DNA of 64,000 nt, taken from Eledone cirrhosa. Its lineage: Eukaryota. Position 1 is the first letter of the stretch; every line of letters starts with the position of its first letter. Below are positions 15,131 through 27,590 of this stretch, one piece after another. The stretch covers positions 1,116,001 through 1,180,000 of the forward strand of contig OZ024754.1 of the NCBI GenBank assembly GCA_964016885.1. The letters are read 5' to 3'. The notes under the pieces were generated by a model. The model ran no database searches and had not been told where the DNA came from. It saw only the letters and a program-made list of their open reading frames with translations. The position numbers and the translations under genes were made by a program.

Positions 15131-15510
15131 AATATATATATATATACATATATACACACACACAGATAACGAAGTCAATGTACAGAATGGGTTTCATAAT
15201 GCAGACAGCTAGACATACAGAGACATATTATAAGGGCGCGACGTTATAGCTATGTAACTATCTAAAAAGACAGACTAAGAAAGAGAGAGGAATGTCGTAT
15301 AACCCGAAGTGTTGACATTTGAACATTTTAAAGAAGTGAATATTTAAATAATATCTTTTAACTTTTAACAAAATTTAGAAGACAAAAATACCCTCACTTT
15401 CTTACTTGGAAAAAGTTACAACTATGGTGCAAATTTGGTGCTGTTTGGTTCAGCCGTTTGGTGAATAATTTTGTTACATACATACGGCCGTCAGCTTTAT
15501 TAGTATAGAT
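14684..15510 (+). mobile_element. Helentron-derived non-autonomous element (HINE/DINE-1-like) with internal minisatellites
   Basis: Degenerate ACTAGC..CCCG-type head, 27-bp and 19-bp tandem arrays, ends ttattagtatagat; shares blocks with 43915-44840. Confidence 0.65.
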
Positions 15511-15563
15511 ACACACAAGTAAGCAGGCATGAAGTCGAGTTTGCGCCATAAATTAACTTTATT

Positions 15564-15653
15564 ACATATTACAATCGTTTCGAAATCAGTCAGTTCAGGG
15601 TTCGATCATAATCTTTGGAGCCCGACTCTACACCAACATCTCATCAGATATAC
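15564..15653 (-). ncRNA. Type-I hammerhead ribozyme with extended stem II
   Basis: GTATAT-CTGATGA-[GATGTTGGT…ACTGATTTC]-GAAAC-GATT-GTA-ATATGT. Confidence 0.7.
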
Positions 15654-15913
15654 GTTCATAGGCGCAGAACACATCGATATCAAAACAACTGTAATATGCA
15701 ATAAAGTTCATTTATAGTGTAAACTTGTAAACTTAACTTCATTCCTGCTTGCTTGTATTTACACTCTGCACGTTACAGCTGCCTTAGGCCGGGAGTACAC
15801 TGAAGTATAAACCTTACACGAAACGGACCCACGTAACAACATTGAGTGTTTTATCTGCCGAACTGCCTGTAACTATAGTTACACATATTTATACCACACA
15901 CACACATATATAT

Positions 15914-15944
<31 letters not shown>

Positions 15945-15951
15945 TATATAT

Positions 15952-16331
15952 AAGAAATAGGATTTCGCTTCAAGCATAGCTTCATACAATATGTATAAAT
16001 ATTTCGTAAATAAATATATCTCCAAAGAAATACAGTTTTAGGAAGCCGTAGCTATGCAAACACCGGGGGCTAACGCCCTCTGGTGATGTCCAGCAGAAAC
16101 AAGGGGGACAACCGTCTATGCATTTCAGGCTTAACTGGCCTTCGTCAGGACGGTCCCTCCCACCGCTTGCGACTGCTGGACTAGAAGACAGCTGAGAATA
16201 TATACTTTTCTCGTCTGTGTAAATGAAGTGATTAATCTCATTTGCATATGACGCTGCATAAGTTGGCTCAACTTATAATAAAAAAGAAATAGGATTTCGC
16301 TTCAAGCATAGCTTTATACAATATGTATAAA
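15952..16331 (-). mobile_element. 332-bp HHR-containing unit with 48-bp terminal direct repeat (retrozyme or solo pLTR-like)
   Basis: aagaaataggatttcgcttcaagcatagc…atgtataaa at 15952-15999 and 16284-16331, 1 mismatch. Confidence 0.7.
16111..16154 (-). ncRNA. Minimal type-I hammerhead ribozyme, intact core
   Basis: ACCGTC-CTGACGA-AGGC(CAGTTAA)GCCT-GAAA-TGCA-TA-GACGGT: 6-bp stem I, 4-bp stem II, palindromic stem III, AUA triplet. Confidence 0.88.
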
Positions 16332-16334
16332 ACT

Positions 16335-18005
16335 AATTCTTAAGGAACATATGTTCAAATTTAATGGAAAAACATATACCCAAGAGGAGGGAGCAGCCAT
16401 TTGTGTTAGCATTGCAGGTGACATAGCTAACCTATTCATGGTATGGTTGGACAATAAACTTAAAGAACAATTAGATGACAGCAACTTCTTAACCCTGATA
16501 ATGTACTCTCGCTACGTTGATGATATAAACATCGTAGTAAAAACACCCCCACTAGAGAACAGTCATGAATTAGAGAAAAACACCATGGAAAGCATCCAGC
16601 AAATAGCTAACTCCATCCACCAGAGTATTAGAGTTACTATAGACTACCCAAGCAAACACCCCTACCATCGATTACCTGTACTAGACACAGAGCTCTGGTT
16701 AGAAACCATTAATAACAAAAAAACAAATCCTCCATTCGCATTATGCCAAACCCATAACTTCCAAATATCTGATCCACCGAAACTCAGCTGTTTCGGATCA
16801 CACCAAAATCAACATACTGATTGCGAATTTAGTACGGGTGATGAGAAACGTGTCCCGCATGTGCAACCCCAAAGAACTAGAGAGACACATACAACACTTC
16901 ATCCACCGTATGCAGTTCACTGGTTACAATCAGAGAGATAAAATCAGAGTATATAGAGGAGCCAGAACCAAATGGGAAAAAATGGTAAATAATGATACAA
17001 ATGGGACCTGCCCCTTGTATAGGAGCAAATTTTGGAATAGAATAGAAAGAACTAGGAATAAGGTTAATAGAATAAACTCATGGTATGATAGCAATAAATA
17101 CCAGAGTGTAATGTTCATCAATACAACCCCTAGAGGTGAACTAGCTTACAAATTTAGAAGGGCCCTAGATAAACTTAAACTAAATATTAAGATAGTGGAA
17201 AGACCAGCTTATTAGTAATACATACCCTTTTCAAAGACCTCCCTGTATAGATAAGAAATGCATAATCTGTAAACTAAGCCCCCATATTAACTGTAAAACT
17301 AGAAACATAGTATATAGTATAAGATGTACTGAAAGACAATGTAAAGATAAGAATATAGTGTACATAGGTGAGACAGCTCGTAGTATAGGAGAACGATTAA
17401 ATGAACACTGGCGAGAGCTTCAAGATAGAAAAGAGTCATCAGTACTCCACCAACATGCTAAAATAGAACATGAGGGCAAATTAGAGAACATAGAAATAAA
17501 AATAAAATCTACACACAGAAAAGACGCAATGTTTAGACAAATCACAGAGGCAATAAACATAAATGAACTCCAACCAAAATTAAATAGAAAACATGAATGG
17601 AATAGCAACATCACAACTTACAATTAAGGACAAAATGAAAACACACGCACATAGAACAAACAACCAACCAGTAACATGTAAATAAGAAAATAAATAAACA
17701 AATAAAAACACACACAGACACCCGAATGTAACACATGCGCAAACTAAGCACACAACACACACAAAAACAAGATGGCGTAGGACAGAACAAAGGAGAGGCA
17801 CAAAACAAAGAAAAGAATCCTCAGTCACTGAAGAGGTCACAGAATCTGTGAAGAAAGAATTTTGACAATATATGAACAACCGTCCGGTTGTGGAACCAAC
17901 CAACCGGAAATTTATAAATTTATAATTTAATTTATAATAAATTGGAGTGAAAGCAACTGGTGCGTGTGTTTCTTATTGGCAACATGACCCTCCCAAAGTA
18001 TAACT
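16335..18005 (+). mobile_element. Penelope-like element: RT C-half, GIY-YIG endonuclease and 3' pLTR
   Basis: QEEGAAI…YSRYVDDI, LPVLD, HIQHFIHRMQFTGY, VYSIRC…YIGETARSIGERLNEH…EAINI…PKLN. Confidence 0.92.
17824..17866 (+). ncRNA. Hammerhead ribozyme in PLE pLTR
   Basis: GTCA-CTGAAGA-gGTCACAG(AAT)CTGTGAa-GAAAG-AA-TTT-TGAC; the base of stem II is imperfect. Confidence 0.65.
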
Positions 18006-18061
18006 ATATCGGTTTCAACACACGTTTTCAGCTAAAGAATCTTGCTAAACAAATTCAGAAA

Positions 18062-18107
<46 letters not shown>

Positions 18108-18115
<8 letters not shown>

Positions 18116-18980
18116 ATACTTGGGGAGGGTCATATTGTTGTAATACCATTGCCAGAAATAATAACAGAACACACTCATTGTTTGGTTGGTTTTCGCTTCT
18201 GCATCTTTTATATCTCCATAGTTATTTCATTTGGCCATCTATGTTTATCATTGACTGACCAACGATCAGAATTACAGATATAAATATATATACATAGTCT
18301 AACAAAGATTTTGGTTGCACATTTGAAACATCATCAGTGGTACTATTATCATGTTTCCCCCTATTGCATTGTATTGTATTGTAATGTCTACGCCATTTTT
18401 ATTTTATCTATTTATTTATTTTTGTCTCCGTCTCTGCGCATGCGTTTGCGTATGTGTATAGTGTTTGGTGTGTGTGTTCGCGTTTGAGTGTATGTGTTTT
18501 GGTTTTTGTATTCTATCTTTGTTTATTAGTGTGTGTTTATATGTGTTTGTTGTTATTGTACTTGTGTATATATTTATTTATTTATTTATATTTCTCTTAA
18601 GTCAGTATTGTTTGTTTGGGTATGGTTGTTGTTGTTAGTCCATTCATTTTTTCTGTTTAACTTGGCTTTCTATTTCGCTCGCTTCTCTGATTTGCCTACC
18701 TGTTGAGTCATTTCTATATTGTCTATGTTACCGTCATGTTGTTGTCTGGCGTGTTCGTATAGTACTGAACCGTTTTTTTGTCCTTTTAATTCCCCCCAGT
18801 GTTGGTCTATTCTTTCTCCTATGCTTCGAGCTGTCTCACCTATGTATGTCGTTGTCATGTTTCTGCAAATACCCTCTGTACATCTTATGCTATAGACTAC
18901 GTTTCTAGTTTTACAATTCATCTTGGGGTTTACTTTACATATAACACATTTATTATTAGTACAGTGGGTTTTCACAAAAA
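18108..18980 (-). mobile_element. Inverted Penelope-like 3' fragment (GIY-YIG plus pLTR with degenerate HHR at about 18305-18345)
   Basis: VYSIRC…YIGETARSIGERIDQH; ends atgaccctccccaagtataac like the other pLTR ends. Confidence 0.85.
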
Positions 18981-19639
18981 TACGTTGGAATGCGAAAATA
19001 AACAACAACAATACGTGCAATAACAATAATAAGAGAAAGTAGTAATATAAACAAAAACTTTGAGTATAGAAATAACAGCTATAATAGTGATAGTCATAAC
19101 AATAAGAATAGCAGGAGAGAGGAAATAGTAATAATAATAATTGTTTCTACTTTAGGCACAAGGCCAGCAATTACTCAGTGTATTACTGGTACTTTATTTT
19201 ATTGACCCCGTAAGGATGAAAGGCAAAGTTAACCTCGGCGGGATTTGAACTCAGACTGTAAAGGGACGTAACTATGCTAGAAAGCATGGCGTCCAACCCT
19301 CTACCGATACTGCCAATTCACCGCCAATGGTAATAATGGAAATGTTAACGATAGACAGAACAACAACAACAACAACAACAACCACAGTAGTAATAATGGA
19401 AGTAATACGAGTAGCAACATTAATGATAGACACAACAACAAAAACAAGAAACATAATAAAGGTAACAACCACAATGGCAGAAATAACAGTAACAACAACA
19501 ATAACAATAGAGAGAACAACAACAATATATCTAACAATCATAGCAATAATAATAATGTTAATGGTAGGAACAACAACAACCATAATAACAATAATAACAA
19601 CACACACAACTATGACGATAGATATAATGACAACCCCTT

Positions 19640-21715
19640 AGAGAAACTATTCTTCAATCCAACTGAGGAAACATATAAGATGAGTAAAATTTATCCCACT
19701 AACTTACCTTTTAATAAAAGGGTTTGTATACCACAACAAATAGATGACGAGACAGAGGCACAGTTCACCATAGCTAGAAATAAGATTAGACAAATAGTAG
19801 ACCGATATACTAAGAGACAAAGCAGACCAGAAATCCAACAACTTGGAAGGAAACCTGTAGAAGGCCTAGTTAAACTCAAGCAGCGCACAAGGGATGGTGA
19901 GGTAGTGTGTCTACCCACGGATAAGTCTGGTAGGATGTCGATAGACAGCATACCGAACTACATCAAAGCTATGCAATCCCACATCATCAACACGAGCGAA
20001 ACCACACAACAAATACATGAGGGAAGAGAGAAGATCCTCAACGCTCTCATGATGATGTGGACCGACATCCTAAAGCCAAGCAGACGTACTGCCAACAACT
20101 TCCATCGTCTAACAATGGCATACCACCCTTGTATGGGCTCCGCAAAGACCATAAGACAGTCGACGACCCAACAACAGGACCACCAACAAGACCTGTATGC
20201 GGAGCCAATATTGCTAGCAACTACAGGATCTCCTACTTCCTCTCAATGGTTATACGCCCCATAATTAAGATGTCTCCAGATGTATGTGACAGTACAGAGG
20301 ACCTCCTCAGCAGAATCAATGAGTGCAACAAAAACAAAAACTTATCCAACTGCATAATAGGCAGTATGGACGTGGTATCACTGTACCCATCCATTAACAT
20401 TGATTTTGCTATGGAAAAATGTGTGATGATCATTGAGAGTGAGGTGGAGTTGTGCGACGTCGACACAGATGAACTGAGCCTCCTACTTAGACTTACCTAC
20501 GACACTTACTACCTAGACAGCCATGACCTTAGACGTTTCTGCCCCAGTAGACCCATAAGAAGTAGACCCCCCACCATAACCTCAATGGTAAAAAAGACTC
20601 CCATGTGAAGGTGAAATGGGTGGACCAAAGCCATACGGACCCCCAAAACCAATGATCAGGTAAGAAAAATGGTCGCACATACAATAGGGGCTAGTATTAA
20701 AACTACACTAAAGGGCCATATATTCAAATTCAATGAAAAGATCTACACCCAAAATGAGGGAGCAGCCATTGGCGTCAGCATAGCTGGTGATGTTGCCAAT
20801 CTATTTATGGTATGGTGGGAAGGAGACTCAAAGATCTCTTTGAAGAGAGCTCTATATACCTCATTATGTACTCTCGTTACGTAGACGACATCAACATAGT
20901 AATAAGGACACCCCCACAAGAGAGTACTAACGAACATGATTTAGAACGTAGCACAATGGAAAGCATCCAGCAGATAGCTAACTTCATACACCAGAGTATA
21001 ACTGTAACTATCGACTACCCTTTCAAACACCCTAACAGTAGATTACCTGTATTAGACACGGAACTTTGGATAAACACTATAGACGAGAGGGCCCAAATTC
21101 TCCACAGACACTATGCTAAACCCATGGCCTCCAAATACCTGATACTCAAAAACTCAGCAATGTCCAGTAGTGCTAAGTTTAATATTCTGATCGCAGACTT
21201 GGTACGAGTGATGAAGAACGTGTCCCGCATGTGTGACCCAACAGAAATGGAAAGACACATCCAACACTTCATCAACCGCATGCAGTTCTCTGGCTACAAC
21301 CAAAGAGACAGAATCAGAGTATACGAAGGAGCCACGGAGAAGTATAAGACCCTCATATAACTGGACATGAAAGGAATTTACCCATTATACAGGATCAAAT
21401 CTTGGAATAGCTTAGATAGGACTAGACATAAGATAGGGAAAGCCACTTCATGGTACGACAACCATAGATACCAGTGTCACGTTCGTGGATGCTACCCCTG
21501 GGGGGAAACTAGCTAACCAATGTCGAAAGGCCCTAAGAAAGACCCACTTAAAGACAAAAGTGGTAGAAAAGCCAGGAACTACCATAAAATCCCTGATCAG
21601 CAAAACATACCCCTTTAAGAAAATCGACTGTACTAATAAGAAATATGTTATATGTAAAGTAAACCACCAGATAATCTGTAAAACTAGAAATGTAGTCTAT
21701 AGCATAAGATGTAAG
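19640..21715 (+). mobile_element. Penelope-like element ORF, degraded, 3'-truncated
   Basis: PTDKSG, LYGLRKDHK…RPVCG, SMDVVSLYPSI, QNEGAAIG, YSRYVDDI, MQFSGY. Confidence 0.92.
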
Positions 21716-22758
21716 AAAAAACAAACATATTTTATAGTGTGTGAGTGTGTGTGTGTGTGTGTTCTTTAAAATAATATTTTACTTCGAGAGTTTTGTCAAA
21801 TAACCCAATGTGACAAGCTAAAGTGACATTGCTAAAACCTTGTCTGAATTCTCCTTCTCCCCATTCTCGGAAATAAAACCTATCAATTCCATTTAAGGAG
21901 ATTAAGAGACTTTTCTTACAATTTAACCTAATGGGGTAAAATAGATATGTGAAGTTATCGCACGTGTCTGCTGCCTCGAACCAGTAGGACTATATAAAAC
22001 AAAACAAAAAAAATCAATATTTGTTTCATACAACAACGTATGACTTGATGTAGCACACAATCAATTGTTTTTAATAAGTTAACTCTAGATCACAGGTTCC
22101 CAACCCATTTAGGCCAAACGCCCCCTTTTGTCCCTCGAAATCACGAACCGCCCCCTACCCTATTTTTCCCTTTTTCAATATACTACTGATTTTGATATCA
22201 GTAGATTACTAAAAAATTGATTAACAATATTCCAAAGATACCATTGCAGGCAGCTGAGAGTATAAATACATTCCTTGAAAGGAAATATATAAATTTCAAA
22301 AAAAAGGAACATAAATGTTCTTTTTTATGAATAAGGACCAGTTGAATTTGTTATATTCCCACCAGGCGATACCACCTATTTTGAACATTTATACAAGAGC
22401 AACTCTGTCTATCCAAAGAGTGCTCTTATCTGGAAGAAAGTGGCAATTATATCATTTCAAAGCTTTCCAATTTTCCCTTTAATGAAACGGGCAGAATAAA
22501 TGTTGATATCTAACTTGATGTCCCCTCTGCTTTGTGAGCTTAGAGACCATGGAAGAGGGTTCTCATGACCACGTAAGAGGGTATATTTATTAGCAAATGG
22601 TAAAATATATACAACAAATGAGTAAGTGAATTGTAGTAGATGGTTTCCAGTTCAGTCAGACTGCAACTACAAATAAAAAGAAATTTGTTAGTTTGCTTTG
22701 TAACAATAGCATATCCAAGTTTTCGGATAAATCAATTTACTTTAACTTTGACCTCATT

Positions 22759-23823
22759 TCAATGGGATCCTTGAACTTTATGGAGTCTAACTAACTCTTT
22801 GACGTCAGGCTGGATTTTCGTAAGATGTAGCCGGAGATCTCCACGTGTAATTACATTGTAGCCGTTGCGATCCTTACTGTGCAGTCTGGAAACAGCACCA
22901 AACCTCCTCTTGACTAAGTATGAGCTTGGAAAAGGCAGAGCAAATCTCTTAGCCTCTGCATGTAGGTGTGGAAATCGACGCTGAATTTCCTCTTGCATCC
23001 CAAAAAGGGGTTCACCTATTTTGGGAAATCTAATTTTGATCATGTCATCTGCTTGAAGTTCAATGAATTCTTCCTGAAATATAACGTCCAAATCATCGAC
23101 GTTAGCTGTGAAGGGATCTGCTACCCACATTGGGATGTCCATCGGCAAAAGGTCGACAAACCGTTCTCTCATGTTGTCTTGTAGCGCACGGAGGTGAGCG
23201 GTATAAATTTGGAGTTGGTCATCGCTTACAATGTTTTGAACATTGGCGACACTAGGAAAATTATAGAATTCCCGTCGACAAAGATTCCTTTCGATAACAT
23301 TCAATTTGGCCAGGAATGTTTTCACAGCATTCCTTGCTTTAAGCAAGGCGATCTTCTTCCCCTGCAAAGCCAAAATGACGCTATTGCATTTGTCGAAGAT
23401 GTCGGTGAGGTAGGCGCAGTTTTGCCTCACATCGATGGTTTTCTTGTACAGTTCTGTGTTGCGTCCTCGCAGAAACTCAATGATAGAGTCGAACAGTTCA
23501 AAGAAGTGAGTAAGGCACTTGCCCTTTGAAAGCCACCTCACTTCATTATGAAGGAGCAACTTGACGAATTGTTCGTCATTATCTTGGCACAGTTGCCGGA
23601 AAATTCGTTCATTGAGGGAATGCCGTTTGATAAAATTGATGACATCAATGGCCACCTGCAAGGACTTGCTCAGCGGCTTGCTGAGTTTCTTCGCAGCCAA
23701 GTGTTGTCGATGAATGACACAAGGAACAACAAATGCAGATAGATTTTCTCTCTTCAGAAGAGTGACGAAACCTTTATGTTGGCCGACCATTGCTCTTGCG
23801 TCGTCCGTAGCACATGATACAAT
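22759..23823 (-). pseudogene. Buster/ZBED8-like hAT transposase, C-terminal half
   Basis: CATDDARAM, CVIHRQHL, LLLHNEVRWLSKG, AYLTDIF, PFPSSYLV…GDLRL; the N-terminus is missing. Confidence 0.9.
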
Positions 23824-24270
23824 GTGTGTTGTATTTGGTCCTAGATGTATGTATTACCTTCCTGTGTGTTGTAGATAGTCTTAGATGTATGTATTACCTG
23901 ATTATGTATTGCATGTGGTCCCAGCTGTATGTATTACCTGCTTGTGTGTTGTATGTGGTCCTAGATGTATGTATTACCTGATTAAGTGTTGTATGTGGTC
24001 CTATATGTTTGTATTACCTGATTGTGTGTTGTATGTGGTCCTAGATGTTTGTATTACCTGCTTATGTGTTGTATGTGGTCCTAAATGCATGTATTACCTG
24101 CTTGTGTGTTGTATGTGGTCCTAGATGTGTGTGCTACCTGCTTGTGTGTTGTATGTGGTCATAGATGCGTGTATTACCTGCTTGTGTGTTGTATGTGGTC
24201 CTAGATGTGTGTATTATCTGATTATGTGTTGTATGTGGTCCTAGATGTGTGTGCTACTCGCTTCTGTGTT
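23822..24270. repeat. 40-bp minisatellite, about 11 units
   Basis: ctagatgtatgtattacctgcttgtgtgttgtatgtggtc recurring every 40 bp (23841, 23881 … 24241). Confidence 0.95.
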
Positions 24271-26821
24271 TTTTTTCTTTTTTTATTTGTAATATTATTT
24301 ACACAATAAGGAATAAAATAGATATACATAGTGTTAACTCGTTACGGTTGAGTCAATAATTTCAGACATGAAATACATTTTTATCGGTGAAGGAAAGACA
24401 AGATTCTAACTGGCTGTGCTCAAAGTGTCCTTGACCCAGTTGACAGTGGGGTTTTCCATTGTTAGGATCTCAATTGCCGGTTAATGTCTAGACACACCTG
24501 CACACCTGCGTTCAGACCATAGTTATGCTGTCTGCATGCTCATTCAAATGCATTCACACTGGCTGTCTCAAAGACATACAAATATTGCTTATAAAACTTA
24601 CCAAAGTAAAGAGCCTTCCAGTGCCCCCAAAGCCCCAAACGCCCCCCTAACGCACTCTTGCCCCGAAACGCCCCCTGGAGTTCCGAAACGCCCCCCGGGG
24701 TGCATATGCTCCCCGTTGAGAACCTTTGCTCTAGATGAACTCCGATATTGCTTAAACTAATGATCAAAGGCGTTGAATCTTTGACCATTTAATTTTTTTT
24801 CAGGCACTGTGTACCGCAGATTACATTATGCAATGTGTCATAATTCCATTATAAAAGACAATGTTTTCAGATATTCTGTATGTATATGAAAGCTTGGCAA
24901 AAGTGGCTGCAGAAATCGATTGCTAGAAAGAGTGGTCTTTCTAGATTTGCTTCAAACTTTGTATATGTAATAAAACTAGTTATCTTATTTGTTCTACAGG
25001 CATAACATAAGATCAAAATATATTGCCTGATCAGAAGAATGCATAAAACAGTGGATATCTAAAATATATTCTAATTGCTATCATCGGAGGAGGTTCCTTC
25101 TTGCAGGCTTCTGGATATACCTGAAAACCAAGGTATATTGACTGAAATCTATTGAAACATTTCCCATTTAATCTCACATGCATAAAATATTATTCAAACG
25201 TAAACCTTAGCCGCATGCATGTAAACAGAATACAGGAAACGAAACTTATTTTAGAATCTGTGAATGCATCTTATCCATTTTACACAGCTATTAATACAAT
25301 AGTAAGATAATTTGGTTAATTATATGTAAATTCGTGCATTCAGCTTTCTAGCTTTCAGCACATGTAAAGAATACCATGTTTATAAGAATATTCGTATTCG
25401 AATAGAAGCAAATAATTCTTAAATATAAAGTATGAACATTTTGACAACCGTTCGACAATAAGAAATATATCCGTTATAGCATTTAAAGCCTATTGATTGG
25501 GTACTTGCTGTATATTTATAGTTTATTACATTTTTACAGCACTCACTGTTGCTGTCATTGCTGCTGTTGCAATTGATGGGTTTGTCAGCCACCACTATCA
25601 TCATCATCATCAAAATCACCGCCACCACCACCAATACCATCATCATTATCATTATCATCATCATCACCACCAACCCCACGACGACCACCATCATCATCAT
25701 TATTACCATCATCCTCACCATCATCACTGTCGTTTCTCATGCATCATTATCAACTTGTCTTTCTGTCTTTTTATCTTTCTTTCATTCATCCATTGCAGAT
25801 AGTTGGACACGCCTCACATTATTGGTTATATAGCTTCCGCTTTGTTTGAGATCAACTAAAAATGTCTGATATTAATTCGTTGAGAAAAAGATTATATTTT
25901 CCATTTGTTATAGAAGCTATATCTGATAGTAAAACTACTATATACAAGTCAGCCCACCCTCTCTTCAACATTCTTTTATTCTGACTAATATTCATTTAAG
26001 TAAAACCTTTCTATTGCCTTAATGAACGATGTTCGAGTGAAGACGATAATCGGATTCTTTTGTTTCATTTTCGGACATAATTCAAAATTATCAAACTTTT
26101 CGTTTCCTTGCCTATTTTTTCCATTAATACGAAATTTCGTTATTATATTATATAATTAGATGATATTATATGAAAATATCATCTAACGGACAATTGCCGT
26201 TTCTCTTCCTCCTTTTACGGACGTTTTTGTCTTTTTCCCCGGAATGCATTGAAAAGTAAAGATCAATCAATAAATCGAGGAAACAGCGAAAGAGAAAATA
26301 AAATCGATACACATTCTTTGTATAAAATTTACCGTGCAATGAAATAAGAAGTTTATGATAAATGAATTTAATTGTGCTAGAATTGAATTTAATACTTTGC
26401 TAGTAGCGTCATTTTCGTGTTTTTTTTAGTTATCTAGCATACGATAACTTTCGAAGAGAATTTTGGGTTACAGTTTATTTTTTTATTTGTTTTGATATAG
26501 ATATTTTCTAACACAAACTAGTTTCAGTAAAGTATCTTTACTCGTAGAGAAAGTTGAAAGCTGTGAATTTTAAATTTGAAAGAATTACATATCGTAAGAC
26601 CGGAAGCGTGTTTGAATATCTTTATATAATATATATAGATGTGGGTTCGACTCCCATGTACAGCAACACTCATCTTTTTCCATTTCTCAGAGGGTTATAA
26701 ACCCCACTATCAGGCTAGAAATTTCTTTAGTCTAAAATACGGTGAAAGCTTATAATTTCTAATTTCAAACTCGCGCACCGTTTCAAAAACATACTTACAT
26801 GTTTACGTTTATAATTTGCTT

Positions 26822-26863
<42 letters not shown>

Positions 26864-26929
26864 GTGTGTGAATATCTTTACACACACACACATACACACA
26901 CATATATACATAAATATACATATATACGT

Positions 26930-26966
<37 letters not shown>

Positions 26967-26984
26967 CGTATACATACATACATG

Positions 26985-27590
26985 GTGGCTGCCAACTCGT
27001 TTTCGAGTATGGCCACTACTTTATATCCATGTAGGAGAACTCCTACCGATGCGCTGAACGAATGTGACTTTAGTCCAGCCAGCGACTTGAAAACTCTGGT
27101 ACAAACACTACACTTGTGACAATTATTGACCCATAGTGCTAGGCCCATGGTACCATGTGACGACAAGTGCAGAGAGATCTCCAGATATAAAGCAATGCCT
27201 GTGCCGTGAAGCTTTTATAGTGAGCAAAGGCACTGCACAAAGCCAGTCCCACTCTCTTAACCAAGATGATATTTACCAAAAAGAAGAACAAGTCAACATC
27301 ATTGGATACCATCAGAGTTGCAGGTGTTATATCAGAGTTTTCCTTCTCCTAGAATTCTGCCTTGACAAAGGCTAAGGGGTCATCTCTCCCGGTGATTTTG
27401 GATGGCCATTGACTCTTAAGAGCTCCTTTGCCCTTTGACAGGTTTTGTTTTTAGTCCTGCAGGATGTCCAAAGTCACCCTCCTCACCAAGAAACCTTAGT
27501 GGGGTTGCCAGTTTAGTCGCCAACGACCCGACCATGGGACAGGTTGTACTGGAATACATGTTACCAGTAGCACCAAGTGGTGACCTGACA
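26985..27590 (-). mobile_element. Bipartite RTE-derived element (5' UTR fused to C-terminal C2H2 and tail)
   Basis: [17 protein letters not shown] zinc finger then tail; upstream non-coding block shared with 12590-13017. Confidence 0.7.

Larger units (their letters stand above)
22091..24728 (-). mobile_element. hAT (Charlie/Buster-type) DNA transposon, internally deleted
   Basis: TIRs CACAGGTTCCCAAC / CAAAGGTTCTCAAC; 8-bp TSD CTCTAGAT (22083-22090 and 24729-24736), matching the NTCTAGAN Charlie target. Confidence 0.92.

Noticed and set aside
15805-15850. CTGAAG…GAAACG HHR-like string
   Set aside because: Core mismatch and no convincing stem I or stem II.
23822-24270. Regular array that might suggest CRISPR
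   Set aside because: Head-to-tail 40-bp units with no unique spacers, eukaryotic context, and no cas genes.
26640-26665. tRNA-like GGTTCGACTCC box; also the SINE heads
   Set aside because: No cloverleaf can be drawn; these are SINE B boxes, not tRNA genes.
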